The notes beneath the pieces are model-generated. The model had not been told where the DNA came from. It saw only the letters and a program-made list of their open reading frames with translations, and ran no database searches. Positions 1-15,090 of a stretch of DNA of 64,000 nucleotides are shown piece by piece. Where the stretch lies: the NCBI RefSeq assembly GCF_009914755.1, contig NC_060937.1; one strand, given 5' to 3'. The translations under genes were made by a program, and so were the position numbers. Origin of the DNA: the human T2T-CHM13v2.0 reference genome, Homo sapiens. Within the stretch, counting starts at the first letter, position 1. Each line of letters begins with the position of its first letter.

Positions 1-27
1 TATCTTGATGCTAGCTGGTTATTTTGT
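1..27 (-). mobile_element. End of an L1 fragment (ORF1-ORF2 spacer) continuing beyond the window start
   Basis: GATGCTAGCTGGTTATTTTG is the reverse complement of the spacer motif CAAAATAACCAGCTAGCATC seen at about 40698 in another L1. Confidence 0.6.
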
Positions 28-830
28 AATTTCCTAAGTGACAGAAGCAACACAGGTGAAAGGATCATTTTTCATTATTCATAAGATGCCCGTTCAGCCA
101 CATCTGAGTTTGTGTTAATGAGGTGATATTTGGAAATTCCCTAGATAATCACAGGTTGCAGGGGCTTGGTTGCCAGAGAAATCAACTATGCAACTAGATA
201 ACTGAAACCTTCAGTACCGACCAGGTCTTTGTAGAAAGGAGATGGGCTAACAGTGAGTTGATCATCAGTAGCCAATTATTTAATCAATCAAGTATGCCTA
301 CATAATAAAGCTTCCAAACTGCCCTAAAATAACAGGTTTTGTGAAGCTTCTGGGTCACTAAATACATAGAAGATGGTGCACCCAGAAAGGGCATGGAAGC
401 TCTGTGTTCCTTTCTTCCTACCTGATCTATGCTTCTTTTCCATATGGCTGTCCCCTAAGTTGTATTCTTTTATAATATATGGGTAATAGTAAGTAAAGCA
501 CTTTTCTGAGTTCTGTGAGCCACTCTAGCCAATGATTAAACCTGAAGAGGGGACTGTGAAAACCTCTGATTTATGCCCATTCATTCAGAAACACAAGTAA
601 CAAACTGAACTTGTGATTGGCATCTGAAGTTGGGGGCAATCTTGTAGGGCTGAAGCCTTAACCTGTGAGATCTGAGGCTATCTCAAAAGAGAGAGTGTCA
701 GAACTCAGTTAAATTGCAGGGCATCTGGTGTCATAAAATTGGTCCATGTGAGGGAAAATACCTACATATCTGGTCACAGAAATATCCTGCATTGAATATG
801 AATAAGAAAAAAAGTGTTTTTTTCTATATA
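28..830 (+). mobile_element. MER21-like solo LTR (5' part truncated)
   Basis: TAATGAGGTGA...CCCTAGATAA...GGTTGCCAG and TTTTCTGAGTTCTGTGAGCC...CTTGTGATTGGCATCTGAAGT motifs typical of MER21 LTRs. Confidence 0.7.
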
Positions 831-879
831 ATCATAGTTATCAAGAATTGTCTAAGTATTTTAATTATAAAATTATTAG

Positions 880-2240
880 ACACATGAGATTAGCAGAGAA
901 CAAAGGCTACAATATTTTGTAAATAGATGCAGATAAATATTTGATGATAACAATCACTCATTATGGTTTAACAAATGAGTTTGAACAAATCAGGAGTACT
1001 AAATAATCTCCTTGCCTAATATTTATGAAATGCCTACAAAAACATTAAGCATAGTAACCATCACAGTTTCAGTTTAAACTTGTTCTAAAAATCCTAGCTA
1101 ATATATTAAGTGACATAAAAGGTAAGAAAAAATTCAAAAGTGTGAGAGAAGCATAAACTATCCTTATTTCAAAATACTACTACTCTTCCCAAAGAAAATC
1201 CAGCAGGCTTAAAACAAAAATCTGTAGAATTTATGACAAATTTTAGGATACACATTTGCTAGACATGAGGTTGCTACACAATGAAATGTTTACACTGAAA
1301 TCAATAGTGTTCCTTTATATCAACAACAATCAATGAGAAACAATAATTTATTAAATTGATAATAGTAACAAAACTTGTTAGAAATCTAGTAATAAATCTT
1401 AAGACCAAAGAGCTAATGTTACAGGAGAAAAAAACAAAGAAGGAGCTTATAAAGAGACCCGCTTTCAAAATATGTCAGAATATTAACCTGAATACTCATC
1501 AGTGGTAGACAGCATAAAGAAAACGTGGTCCATATACACCATGGAAAACTATGCAGCCATGAAAAGAATGAGATAATGTTCTTTGCAGCAACACGGATGG
1601 AGCTGGAGGCCAACATCCTTAGCAAACTAATGCAGAAACAGAAAACCAAACACCAGGTGTTCTCACTTACAAGTGGGAACTAAATAACGATAACACATTG
1701 ACATAAAGCGGGGAATAAAAGACACTAGGGCCTTCTTGAAGAGGGTATAGGATGGGAGGAAGGAGAGGATCAGAAAAAATACAAGTTGGCTACTATGCTT
1801 ATTACCCGGATAGAATAATCTGTACACTAAACCCCTAGGACACAAGTCAACCTACAAACAAACCTGCACATATACTCCCAAACCTAAAAGTTAAAATAAA
1901 TAAATAAATCTTATTCGATTCGGAAAAATATGTCAAAATAGTGTATGTAACCGGTGTACAAATCAGCAGAAAGGTTATCTGCTTATTAACAAAGCATGGG
2001 GAGTTATCATTGATAGACAAATAGATAAGTTAGTTCATGTTATTAATAAAAAATCTGTTCCAAATGCATAATGTTATTAGGTTTAAAATCAAATTGTCAA
2101 CAATTTTAAGGGAAAATCTGAGACAATTTTTATAACTTCATGTTAGACAATATTTTTTGATTTGAATTTAAAAATACAGATCACAGAGAAAACTGTCTAT
2201 ATCACTTTGGAAAGCAAAGACACCATCACACATGTTTAAA
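880..2240 (+). mobile_element. Highly degraded old L1 (L1M) ORF2 remnants
   Basis: A-rich segments resembling ORF2 (e.g. CTAAAAATCCTAGCTAAT, AAATCAATAGTGTTCCTTTATATCAACAAC); interrupted by a younger L1 3' end. Confidence 0.45.
1493..1908 (+). mobile_element. L1 3' end (L1PA15-16/L1PB-like), 5'-truncated
   Basis: ORF2 C-terminal DNA (CATATACACCATGGAA...GTTCTCACTTACAAGTGGGA), 3'UTR and an (AAAT)n tail. Confidence 0.85.
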
Positions 2241-3545
2241 ACGTTTGAAGCTGGAGGGAGGGGCCAAGATGGCCAATTAGAAGCAGCCACAGTTCACGGA
2301 ACTCATAAAGAGGAATGGAAGGGTGAATGAATTCAACACCTTCAACCGAAATACCCCGGTTCTCACATTGGAACTGACTAGGCAATTTACTCCACCCACA
2401 GAGAATGAAGCAAAGCAGGGTCGGGCAACAGCCCACCTGTGAGTGGTGTGGAGCCAAATGAACCTCCAGCTTTAGCCAAGGGAAGTGGTGAGAGATTGTG
2501 CCACTCCGCCTGGGAAACCATGCTTCTCCCATGAATCTTTGCAACCCATGGATCAGGATATTCCCTTGTGAGCCCATGCCACAAAGGCCTTAGGTTTGAT
2601 ACACAGAGCTGTGTGGAGTTTTGCAGAGTAACCACTCAGGCACACACAGAGACCCAGGAATTTTACATACGCTGGCTCCAGTATCTCCAGCAAGGCAGGA
2701 GATCCATTTGTACATATCCCAAGGAAAGGGCCGAATCCAGTGAGCCAAGCAGCATCATTCTCCAGGTCCCACATCCACAGCACCTCGCAAGTTAAGATCC
2801 ACTGGCTTGGAATTCCAGCCAGCCAATGGCAACAGGCTGAAGTCTACCTGAGACAGAGAGCTCCTGGGGGGAGGGGTGGCCATCACCTCTGCTATTCAGT
2901 AGACTCAGCCTTTTCATCCTGCCAGCTTTGGAGAATCCAACAGTCCAGATGAGGAAGGGTCTTCCACAACAAAGCACAGCTGCCTTGGCAGATTGTGGTC
3001 AGACTGCTTATTTAAGTGGGATCCTGATCCATTCCTCCTCACTAGGGAGGACCTCCCTGCCTGGGCTTCAGCAAATTTAACCAGGATTCTTTGGACCAGA
3101 TGAGGAAGGGCTCCCCGCAATGCAGTATACCTACTCTACCAAAAAGCAGCCAGACTACTTCTTTAAGAGGGTCCCTGATCCCATTCCTCCTGACTGGATG
3201 AGACCTCCCAAAAGGGGCCTCCAGCCACCTCCTACAAGCATGTTCAGGCTGGCAATGAGTCAGTACCACCCTGGTACAGAGCTTCCAGAGAAAGGAGCTG
3301 GCTGCCATATTTGCTGTTTTGCAGCCTTCACTGGTGATACCTCCAGGTGCAGGAAAACCCGAGGCTACTAGGGTCTGGAGTAGACCCCAGGAAAACCACA
3401 GCAGCCCTACTGAAGAGTGTCCTGACTGTTAAAAGGAAAACAAACAAGCAGAAAACAACAAGAACAACAACATTAAGAAATACCTGGCAAAAACCCCATT
3501 CAATGGTCAAACCTCAAAGATTGAAAGTAGATAATCCCCACAAAG

Positions 3546-4560
3546 ATGAAAAATAATCAATGCAAAAACACTGAAGACTCAAAAAACCAGAGTACCTCTT
3601 ATCCTTCAAATGACCACAACACCTCTCCAGCAAGGGCACGGAACTGAGGCTGAGATGGCTGAATTGACAGAAGTAAGTTTAAGAAGGAAAGTAATAACGA
3701 ACTCCACTGAGCTAAAGGAGCATGTTGTAACCCAATGCAAAGAAGGTAAGAATCATGGTAAAACAATACAGGAGCTGATAGGCAGAATAGCCAGTTTAGA
3801 GAAGAACATAACTAACCTAATGGAGCTGAAAAACAACACAAGAACCTCACAATGCAATCACAAGTATCAATAGCAGAACAGACCAAGGAAAGCAAAGAAT
3901 ATCAGAGCTCGAAGATGATCTGTCTGAAATAAGACAAGCAGACAAGAATAGGGAAAAAAAGAATGAAAAGGAATAAACGAAACCTCCAAGAATTATGAGA
4001 TTATATAAAGAGACTGAACCTACAACTCATTTGGGTTCCTGAATGAGATGGGGAGAATGAAACCAAGTTGGAAAACATACTTCAGGATATCATCCAGGAG
4101 AACTTCCCCAAGCTAGCAAGACAGGCCAACATTCAAATTCAGGAATTTCAGAGAACCCCAGAAAGACACTCCATAAGAAGATCAACCCCAAGACATATAA
4201 TTATTCATCAGATTCTCCAAAGTCAAAATAGAAAAAATATTAAGGGCAGCCAGAGACAAAGGCCAGGTCACCTACAAAGGCAAGCCCATCAGACTAACTG
4301 CAGACTTCTCAGCAGAAATTTGACAAGCCAGAAGAGATTGGAGGACAATATTCAACATTCTTAAATAAAAGAATTTCCAAACCGGAATTTTATATCTGGC
4401 CAAATTAAGCTTCATAAGTGAAGAAGAAATAAGATCCTTTTCAGACAAGCAAATGCTAAGGGAATTCATCACCACCTGCCTTGCAAGAGTTCCTGAAGGT
4501 AGCACTAAGCATGAAAGGAAAAACTGATACCAGTCACTGCAAAAACACACTGAAGTACAC
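3546..4560 (+). pseudogene. ORF1: L1 ORF1p (RNA-binding/chaperone), disrupted
   Basis: ORF fragments ..ASLEKNITNLMELKN.. and ENILQDIIQENFPKLARQANIQIQE. Confidence 0.9.
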
Positions 4561-4620
4561 AGACCAGTGACACTATGAAGCAATCACATAAACAAGTCTA
4601 CAAAATAACCAACTAGCATC

Positions 4621-7600
4621 ATGATAACAGAATCAAATTCACACTTAACAATACTAACCTTTAAGAAACCCATCTCATGTGCAAAGACACATATAGGCTC
4701 AAAATTAAAGGGATGGAGGAAAATTTACCAAGCAAATGGAAAACAGAAAAAAGCAGGAGTTGCAATACTGGTTTCTAACAAAACAGACTTTAAACCAACA
4801 AAGGTCAAAAAACACAAAGGACATTACTTAATGGTAAAAGGTTCAATTCAACAAGAAGAGCGAACTATCTTAAATATACATGCACCCAATACAGGGGCAC
4901 CCAGATTCATAAAGCAAGTTCTTAGAGACCTACAAAGAGACTTAGACTCCAGCGTAATATTAGTGGGTGACTTTAACATCCCACTGACAATCTTAGATCA
5001 TCAAAACAGAAAACTAACAAAGATATTTAGGATTTGAACTCAGCTCTGGAGCAAGTGGATCTGATAGATATCTACATAACTCTATACTCAAAACAGCAGA
5101 ATATACATTCTTCTCATTGCCATATGGCACTTACTCTAATATTGATCACATAATTAGGAGTAAAATACTCATCGGCAAATGCAAAAGAACTGAAATCATA
5201 ACAAATAGTCTCTTGGATTGCAGCATCATCAAATTGAAACCCAAGATTGAGAAATTCAGTCAAAACCATACAACTACATGGAAATGGAATAACCTGCCCC
5301 TGAATGACTCTTGGGTAAATAATGAAATTATTTGAAACTAATAGGAAGAAAGAGACAGTATACCAGAATCTCTGGGACACAGCTAAAGCAGTGTTAAGAG
5401 GGAAATTTATAGCACTAAATGCCCACACCAAACAGCTAGAAAGATCTCGAGTTAACAGCCTAACATCACAACTAAAAAAAAACTAGAGAGCTAAGAGAAA
5501 ACAAACCCCAGAGCTAGCAGAAGACAAGAAATAACCAAGATTAGAATGAAACTGAAGGAGATAGAAAAAAGAAAAACCCTTAAAAAAATCAACTAATTCA
5601 GGAGCACGTTTTTTGAACACATTAATAAAATAGAGTGCTAGCTAGATTAATAAAGAAGAACAGAGAGAAGATTCAAATAAACACTATTAGATATGATAAG
5701 GGGGATATCACCATTGACCCCACAGAAATACAAACAACCATCAGGGACTACTATAAACACCTCTATGCTCATAAAATAGAAAATCTAGAAGAAATGGATA
5801 CATTCTTGGACAGATACAGGCTCCCAAGACTGAACCAGGAAGAAATAGAATCCCCGAATAGACCAATAATGAGTTCTGAAATTGAGGCAGTAATAAATAG
5901 CCTACCAAGCAAAAAAAGCCCAGGACCAGACATATTCACAGCTGAATTCTACCAGAGGTACAAAGAAAAGCTGGTACAAATCCTGCTGAAATTGTTCCAA
6001 AAAACTGAAAAAGACGGACTCTAACTCATTCTATGGGGACAGCATCATCCTGATTCCAAAAACTGGCAGAGACACAACAACAACAAAAAAATTTCAGGCC
6101 AATAATCCTCAACAAAATACTGGCAAACTGAATCCAGCAGCACATCAAAAAGCTTATCCACTATGATCAAGTAAGCTTCATTTCTGGGATACAAGGCTGG
6201 TTCAACATACAAAAATCAATAAATGTGATTCATCACATAAACAGAACTAAACTCAAAAACCACATGATTATAGATGCAGAAAAGGCCTTCAATAAAATTC
6301 AAGATCTCTTTACGTTAAAAACTCTTAAAAAACTAGGTATTAGTGGAACAAACTTCAAAATAATAAGAGCCATTTATGACAGAACCACAGTCAGTATCAT
6401 ACTGAATTTGCAAAAGCTAGACGTATTCCCCTTGAAAACTGGCACAAGACAAGGTCGCCTTCCCTCACCACTCTTATTTAACATAGTATTGGAAGTTCTG
6501 GTCCGGGCAATCAGGCAAGAGAAAGAAATAAAAGGTATTCAAATATGAAGAGAGGAAGTCAAACTGTTTGCACTTGACATGATCCTATATCTAGAAAATC
6601 CCATCGTCTCAGCCCAAAAACTTCTTAAGCTGATAAGCAACTTCAACAAAGGCTCAGGATACAAAATCAGTGTGCAAAAATCACAAGCATTCCTATATAC
6701 CAACAATAGACAAAGAGCCAAATCATGAATGAACTCCCATTCATAATTGCTACAAAGAAAATAAAATACCTAGGAATACAGCTAACAAGGGAAGTGAAGG
6801 ACCTCTTCAAGAAGAACTATAAACCACTGTTCAAGAAAATAAGAGACGACACAAACAGATGAAAAAACATCCTTGCTCACAGATAGGAGGAATCAATGTC
6901 GTGAAAATGTTCATACTGCCCAAAGCAACTTATAGATTCAATGCTATTCCCATTAAACTACCATTTACATTCTCCACAGAATTAGAAAAACACTACTTTA
7001 AAATTTATGCAGAACCAAAAAGAGCCAAGACAATCCTAAGGAAAAAGAAAAAGCTGGAAGCATCATGCTACCTGACTTCAAACTATATTATGAGGCTACA
7101 GTAACAGAAACAGCATGATACTGGTACAAAAAGAGACACATAGACCAATGGGACAGAACAGAGGACCCAGAAATAAGACCACACATCTACAACCATCTAA
7201 TCTTTGATAAATGTGACAAAAACAAGTAATGGGGAATGGATTGTCTATTTAATAAATGGTGCTGGGAGAACTAGCTCGCTATAAGCAGAAAATTGAAACT
7301 CAACTCCTTCCTTACACCGCATACAAAAATCAACTCAAAATTGATTAAAGACTTTAATGTAAACCCCAAAACTATAAAAACCCTAGAGGAAAATTTAGGC
7401 AATACCATTCAAGACATAGGGATGGGCAAAGGTTTCATGATGAAAATGCCAAAAGCAATTGCAACAAAAGCAAAAATTGTCAAATGGGAGCTAACTAAAC
7501 TAAAGAGCTTCTGCACAGAAAAAGAAACTATCATCAGAGTGAACAGACAACCTACAGAATGGGAGAAATTTTTTGCAATCTATCTGACAAAGGTCTAATA

Positions 7601-8269
7601 TTCAGAGTCTACAAGAAATTAGAAACTTAAAGAAAAAACAAACAACCCTATTAAAATTGAGCAAAGGACATGAACAGACACTTCTCAAAAGAAGATATAC
7701 AAGTGGCCAAGAAGCATATGGAGAAAACTCAACATCACTGATCATTAGAGAAATGCAAATAGAAATCACAATGAAATACCATCTCATGCCAGTCAGAATG
7801 GCTATGATTAAAAAGTCAAAAAACAACAGATGCTGGCAAGGTTGCAGAGAAAAAGGAAAACTTTTACCCTGTTGGTTGGAGTGTAAGTTAGTTCAACCAT
7901 TGTGGAAGACAGTGTGGGGATTCCTCAAAGTCCTGGAGGCAGAAATACCATTTGACTCAGCAATCCTATTACTGGGTATATACCCAGTGGAATATAAATC
8001 ATTCTTTTCTAAAGGTACATTCATGTGTCTGTTCATTGCAGCACTATTCACAATAGCAAAGACATGGAATCAAGCTAAATGTCCATCAGTGACAGACTGG
8101 ATAAAGAAAATGTGTTACATATACCATAGAATACTATGCAGCCATAAAAAGGAATGAGATCATGTTCTTTGCAGGGACATGGATGGAGTTGGAAGCCATT
8201 ATCCTCAGCAAAGTAACACAGGAACAGAACACCAAACACCACATGTTCTCACTTATAGGTGGTAGCTGA
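4621..8269 (+). pseudogene. ORF2: L1 ORF2p (endonuclease/reverse transcriptase), disrupted
   Basis: [86 protein letters not shown]; short deletion near 4660. Confidence 0.92.
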
Positions 8270-8918
8270 ATTATAAGAACACATGGTGGGGAACAACACA
8301 CACTGGGGCCTGTTGGTAGTGGAGGGTGCAAGGAGGGAGAGCACGAGGAAGAATAGCTAATGGATTCTGGGCTTAATACCTAAGTGATGGTATGATTTAT
8401 TCAGCAAACCACCATGGCACACATTTACCTATGTAACAAACCTGCATATCCTGCACATGTACCCCTGAACTTAAAGTAAAAGTTGAAGAAAAAAAGTATT
8501 TAAAAAAGTAATCTGATAATCAAACCTAAAAAACATGAAATAAAGTAAAACAAAATATAATAAAACAAAATATACCTGTAAGCATTAAAAAAGGCTAGAG
8601 GGTGATACAGAAATGGTGTAAATAAAATTTATCTTTCATTCCCTAATTAATTATATATTTAAATGTACATTTCTCACCATTTTCCATAATAAAAGATTAA
8701 TAAAGCAAAAGTCTTTGTATTGTTAATCCATAAAACTGGTCTTTGTTTATCCTTAATTCTAAATGAAAAATCATAGAGAAATAAAAGGAAATAAGGGAAA
8801 AAATTACAGTTACTTAACAAATATCAAAAAATTTTAAAGCTAAAAATAATGTCAAAGGATTTCTTAACCTTGGTCACAAAATAATAAATTGTTTGGAATA
8901 TATTTACTAATTTTGTCA

Positions 8919-9298
<380 letters not shown>

Positions 9299-10333
9299 CT
9301 AAAAATTCTCACTAGCAGTGTAACTTTTGGTATTATTTTGGAGTAGAAAGTACATGCAAACATGTTTAAAAGTGTTTAAGTTCTATTTTTATTCTTAAAA
9401 TAATAGGTAATATAAACCTAAGACAAATTTTATTCTATACTGCTATATTTTTAACAAACTGATTGATTTCTTAAAATATAATAGGAAAATGAGGCAGTTT
9501 TTAATAAGTTAGAAAATGAAGCTTCCTTCCAAAACTGAGTACATGCGATAAAGAAAAATTAAAAATGTCCCCCTAGCTTTTGCTCTGTAAATGAAAAGAG
9601 TAATTGAAAGAAAATACTGCTTACAAACTAATTACATACTTTTCTAAGACACCATTTTTTAAAAAGTATAAGACCCATCTGGCTTGACATTTGCAAAATT
9701 CCTATAATTAAAAGAGAAGGAAATAAACAGAGTGGAAGTTATTTGAGGTTTTTGTACACTTTACTAACTTTTCTATGCTTTAACTATGACTATTACTGAG
9801 GAGTCTATAGAAATTATACTTTGCTGAAACTTAAGGTGCAAAATTTTGTGGGCAAAATGATGAGTCTCTGATTTTTTAGCCTGTCTAACATAACTTTGGC
9901 TTCTTCCATTGCTCATTATAAACCTGACTGTATAATTTTATCTTTTAGTTCAATGAGTCAAACATGGCTAAAATCAGACAATTGTATGTCTGCTAATGGA
10001 ACTATTTTAGCTAACTTATTTAATTTGAATCATTATTATTTCATTTGAAATATGTGTTAATTGATAAAATATGTGTTTCATGTACTACTCTAGGTGCTAA
10101 TATATAGCATTGATGGAGACAGTGAGATTCTTGCTTTCATGAAGTATATTTGATAGTTCTTTTAAATTTGTGGCACCAAGCACAGAAAGAGAAACTCAAA
10201 TTCCAGGATCAAGCCAAAACAGAGATTTGAGCACCTTCCTTCTGTCTCAGAAGGGATATATAATTGTCTTCCTAATTTTTTATTTAGTTTAAGCCACTTA
10301 ATGATCTGAAATAGTTTTAAAAAGGTGAGTTCA

Positions 10334-10534
<201 letters not shown>

Positions 10535-10624
10535 TCACATCTTCCCTGTCATTGGAAGTAAAAGAATGACAAACAGGTGAAAGAGTTTTGTCTGCTTCTG
10601 GCAAACCATAGAAATCCTTGTGTA

Positions 10625-10939
<315 letters not shown>

Positions 10940-13191
10940 AGAAATCCATGTGTGTAGTTTATGAATCACATATAGCATTATTTTAAGTTTCAGGTAAAAG
11001 ATGCTTATGCAGTTTGTATATAAGCTAGACAATATTTTAGGTATATTGAAAATACTGGCCTATTTAATTCTTTTAAAAACTTGATAAAGGAGATATGGCT
11101 ATTATATGAATTTTACATACAAAAATACCCAGGCACAGAGATGTTAAGTGCTTTGGCTGAGGACAAACTGCTAGCATGCACCAGAGCCAGGATTTGAATC
11201 TACACAGTTGGACTCCAGAGTCCATGTTCTTGACTACTACAGATGCTACTTATTTAAAATGCTACATATTCAAGGAGTTGTTCCTTGGGACCCCATGTGA
11301 ACTTCGTGGGGAAATATCAAAGACATTTTTTTTTTTTTTTAGTTACTGGGAAAAAGCCAATTTTTATAATACCTCAAAATTTGCCAAACTGGTAGACAGA
11401 CCATATTGAGCAAAACTAATTCTGCAACTGTACTTTCTAACTAAAAAAATTCCATTTGATTCTTTCTTCTGTAAGCCATGGGAGTATGTGTTTAATAGTT
11501 TACTGAGTCTTAACAGGCCTTGAAAGGCTGTCAAAAACCAATTATGTACATTCAGAAAGGCAGAGTAAGAAATGCTGCAAATAAGTCCTTACATAAAATC
11601 AACAAGAACACTGGTGATGGTCAAAAATAACTTTTTGAAACTCTTGAAATTAACCAATGGCTTGCAACAACCTCAGGGATATTTATTCAAGAAAAGTTGC
11701 TGAACCAAGGTAAGAACAGCAGAGTTTATGATGTTCAGATTTGATCTATTCCCATTCCCAACTCCCTAATTCTATAGTTGCCTTGAAAACTGGTGGCTGC
11801 TAATTTAAAAAAAAAAAGAAAAAAAAAAGATTGCAAACAATAATCTGAAAAACAGTAGTATTATAGGCACAAGAAGGAGTAGATGAGTTTGGACCTCCTA
11901 AAGAAGGCCTATTCCCAGAGTATTTTTATTATTTGATCAGTCTCACAGCTCCTTAGGAAAGCTTCATTTGCAAGAGGTATGTTATTATTTGACCTGATTT
12001 GGAGCTTGATCTGTGGGGAAACCCTATTCTCAGGGAATTTGATGAAAGATTCAAAGGCAGTTGTTCAACATCACAACTTCCTAAAGCTGAAAATGAGTTG
12101 ATACAAACAAGAGCATGGACAAGACATAAAAGGAAGATCTGTGGAAAAAGAAGTCCATGAGAGTCTTTGAAAAGTTCTGACATGTTTCTAGTGTTCCAGA
12201 AGACAGCACACACTTGCAGGGATGTGTACATACCAAAAAGGGAAGGCCTGAATCTATTATTGCTGGCTAAAATGGAGACTTTGCAGAGGCAGGCAAAAAA
12301 GACTAAGTCAGAATTTGGAACTGCTTCATTATAGAAGGTATGTCCCAACACAGACATACAGAATTCCCTCAACAAGGGAGGTTAAGGCTTTAATGCCTCA
12401 AAGAATCTAATGAAATGTCTGACCATCTCACTAGAGGATCACTAAAATAATTGAACAGATACTTCAGCAGCTTCACCATACAAGGAATATAGGACTTTAC
12501 AGGATTAGCCTAGGAAAGTATCAAGCAAAGAAACAGTAGCAACAAAAACAATGACAAGAAAAAAAATCAATAGCAATAAACTATAAAGAATTGAGGAAAT
12601 CTGATGTATAGGATTTCCACCGTATAGTACCTAAAATGTCCGGTTTTTAGTAACAACAATAAATATATGAGGCAGGAAAAGAAAAATGTTGCCAATACAC
12701 AAGTTAAAAAACAGCAACCAATAGGAGCCATTCCTAAGGGGTCCCAGGTGTTAGGCTTACTAAACAACGACTTTTAAATCAGCGATTAAAGAGATTAAAA
12801 AATGATATCTAAAAAAGTAAGGAGAAATATAACAACGATGTCTCACCAAGCAAATAATATCAATAAAGATAAAGAAAATATAAAAAATAACCAAAGAACA
12901 ATTGTAATGTTGAAAAATGCAGTATCTAAAGTGAAACATTCACTAGCAGGATTTAACAGCAGTCTGCATTGGGAGAATAAACAACCAATGAACTTGAAGC
13001 TGGGTTAGTTGAGAATGGTCTGCAGAACAAAGATAAAACCGAAGAAGAAAAGGACGCAGAGCCTCAGAGACATGTGAGATATCATTAAGCATCCCAATGT
13101 ACACATTACATGAGTCCAAAAAAAAAGAGAATAAGGTAAAAATACAGAATCACATTTGAAAAAAATATGGATGAAAATTTCTCAAATTTGA

Positions 13192-13345
13192 TTAAAAAGA
13201 AATTAGCTGGGCATCTTGGTGCATGCCTGTAGTCCCAGCTACTCAGGCAGCTCATCTGAGAAAAATCACTTGAGCCTAGGAGGGAGAGGCTGCAGTGAGC
13301 TATGATAATGCCACTGACCTCCAGCCTGGGTGACAGAGACAATCT
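13192..13345 (+). mobile_element. Alu right arm (AluJ/FRAM-like)
   Basis: AATTAGCTGGGC..CCTGTAGTCCCAGCTACTC..CTTGAGCC..GCAGTGAGCTATGAT..CAGCCTGGGTGACAGAG. Confidence 0.85.
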
Positions 13346-13352
13346 GACTAAC

Positions 13353-13490
13353 GTTTTTATTAACTTTCTTGTAGAGATAGGGTCTCAGTATGTTGACCAG
13401 GCTGGTCTCGAACTCCTGGGCTTGAAGGAATCTTCTACCTCAGCCTCCCAAAGTGCTGGGATTACAGGCTTGAGGCACTGTGCTTGGCTG
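13353..13490 (-). mobile_element. Alu left arm / FLAM
   Basis: GTAGAGATAGGGTCTC..GCTGGTCTCGAACTCCTGGGC..CCTCCCAAAGTGCTGGGATTACAGGC on the + strand. Confidence 0.85.
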
Positions 13491-14452
13491 GAAGCGCTTT
13501 CTAACTGAACTCATGCTATAAGCCCAGGATTATCCTGATAGCAAAACTATTAAAGACTATAAAAAGAGAAAGCTATTGACCAATATATCCTTTATGAACA
13601 TAGATACAAAAATCTTCAACAAAATACTAGCAAACTAAGTTCTACAGCATATTGAAAGCACTATACACCATGACCAGGTAGAATTTATTTCAGGAAAGCA
13701 AGGATGGTTAAACTTACAGAAATCAGTCAAAACAATACACTGCATTAAGAGGATTTGTGTACCAAAATCTTTAAAATACTGCTGCAAGAAATTAAACAAG
13801 ATATAAATAAATGAAAAGACATCCCATGTTCATGGATTAAAATAAATATTTTTAAGATGGCAGTGCTACCCAAAATGATCAAAAAATTTAGTGAAATCCT
13901 TATCAAAATCACAATGACTTATTTTTGCAGAAATGAAAAAGTTTATTATAAAATTCATATGGGTTCTCAACTACTGATTGATTTCTAAACAATCTTGAAA
14001 AAGGAAAACAAATTTGAAAGAGTTACACTTAATCTTACTATAAAGATACACTAATTAAAACAATGCAATTGAGATTAATATCAACATATGGATCAATGGA
14101 ATAACATTAAAAGTAGGGGAAAAACATATATTGATAGTTGATTGATTTCTGACAAGAATACCAAGACCATTCTGTGGGGAAAAATTATCTTGTCAATAAA
14201 TAGTATTGGGAAAATTAGATAAACACATGAAAATGGTTATTCTGGACCTCTGTCTCACACTATGTCCGAATATTAACTAAAAATGGATCAACAATCTAAA
14301 TGTAAAAGCCCATATTATAAAACAGATAAGGAATTTTTATTTAAAACATATAAATAACACTTAACGACAATAAAAAACAAAAATACCCCAACTATAAAAC
14401 AGGCAAAGGATTCGGATAGACAGTTATCCAAAAAAGATATAAGTAGCCAAGA

Positions 14453-14593
14453 GGCCTGGCCCAATGTCTCACACCTGTTATCTCAGCACTCTGGGAAGCC
14501 CAGGTGGGAGGATCACTTGAGACCAAGAGCTTGAGGTCAGCCTGAGCAGCAACATGGCTAACCCACATCTCTCGCTCTAAAAAAAAAAAAAAA
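14453..14593 (+). mobile_element. FLAM / Alu left monomer
   Basis: GGCCTGGC..CTCACACCTGT..GGGAGGATCACTTGAG..poly-A. Confidence 0.8.
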
Positions 14594-15090
14594 CCACCAA
14601 AATGTGGCCTAGAAGCACATTAAAATATGGACAACATCAATTCATTCAGGAAATGTAAATCTAAACCAAAATGAGATGTCACTTCATCCCCAGTAGAAAG
14701 GCTAATATTAATAAGTCAGACAGTACCAAGTCTAGATGAGGCTGTGGAGAACACTCTCATATACTGCTTGTGGAAATGTAAAATGGTGCAATCACTTTAG
14801 AAAACAATTTTCCATAATTTTGACATCAAGTTATTCTATGACCTGGCAATTTCACTGATAGGTACATACACAGGAGAAATGAAAAATAAGTCCATGCAAA
14901 AACTTGTACACGAAAGCCCATGTGAGCATTAAAAAGAATCATCATCATAATAAAACAACTCAAATGCTTATCAATCGATGAATGAGTAAACAAATGTGGC
15001 ATAGTATATCCATAGAATGCAATATTCTTCTACTATAAAAAAGTACTGATACACGTTACAATATGGATGAAACTCCAAAGAAGCTAGTCA

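Larger units (their letters stand above)
2253..8495 (+). mobile_element. Full-length L1, L1PA13-like, inactive
   Basis: 5' start GGAGGGAGGGGCCAAGATGGCC, ~1.3 kb 5'UTR, ORF1, spacer, ORF2, and 3'UTR GAATAGCTAATGGA...AAAGTTGAAGAAAAAAA; many stops and frameshifts. Confidence 0.95.

Noticed and set aside
1467-1940. AAAATATGTCA(G/A)AATA repeated on both sides of the L1 3' end as a TSD
   Set aside because: Both copies are offset 10-15 nt from the element ends, so they cannot be called a TSD confidently.
2236-3556. Cluster of 60-113 aa ORFs on both strands
   Set aside because: Chance ORFs in a GC-richer L1 5'UTR; the same applies to 36084-37538.
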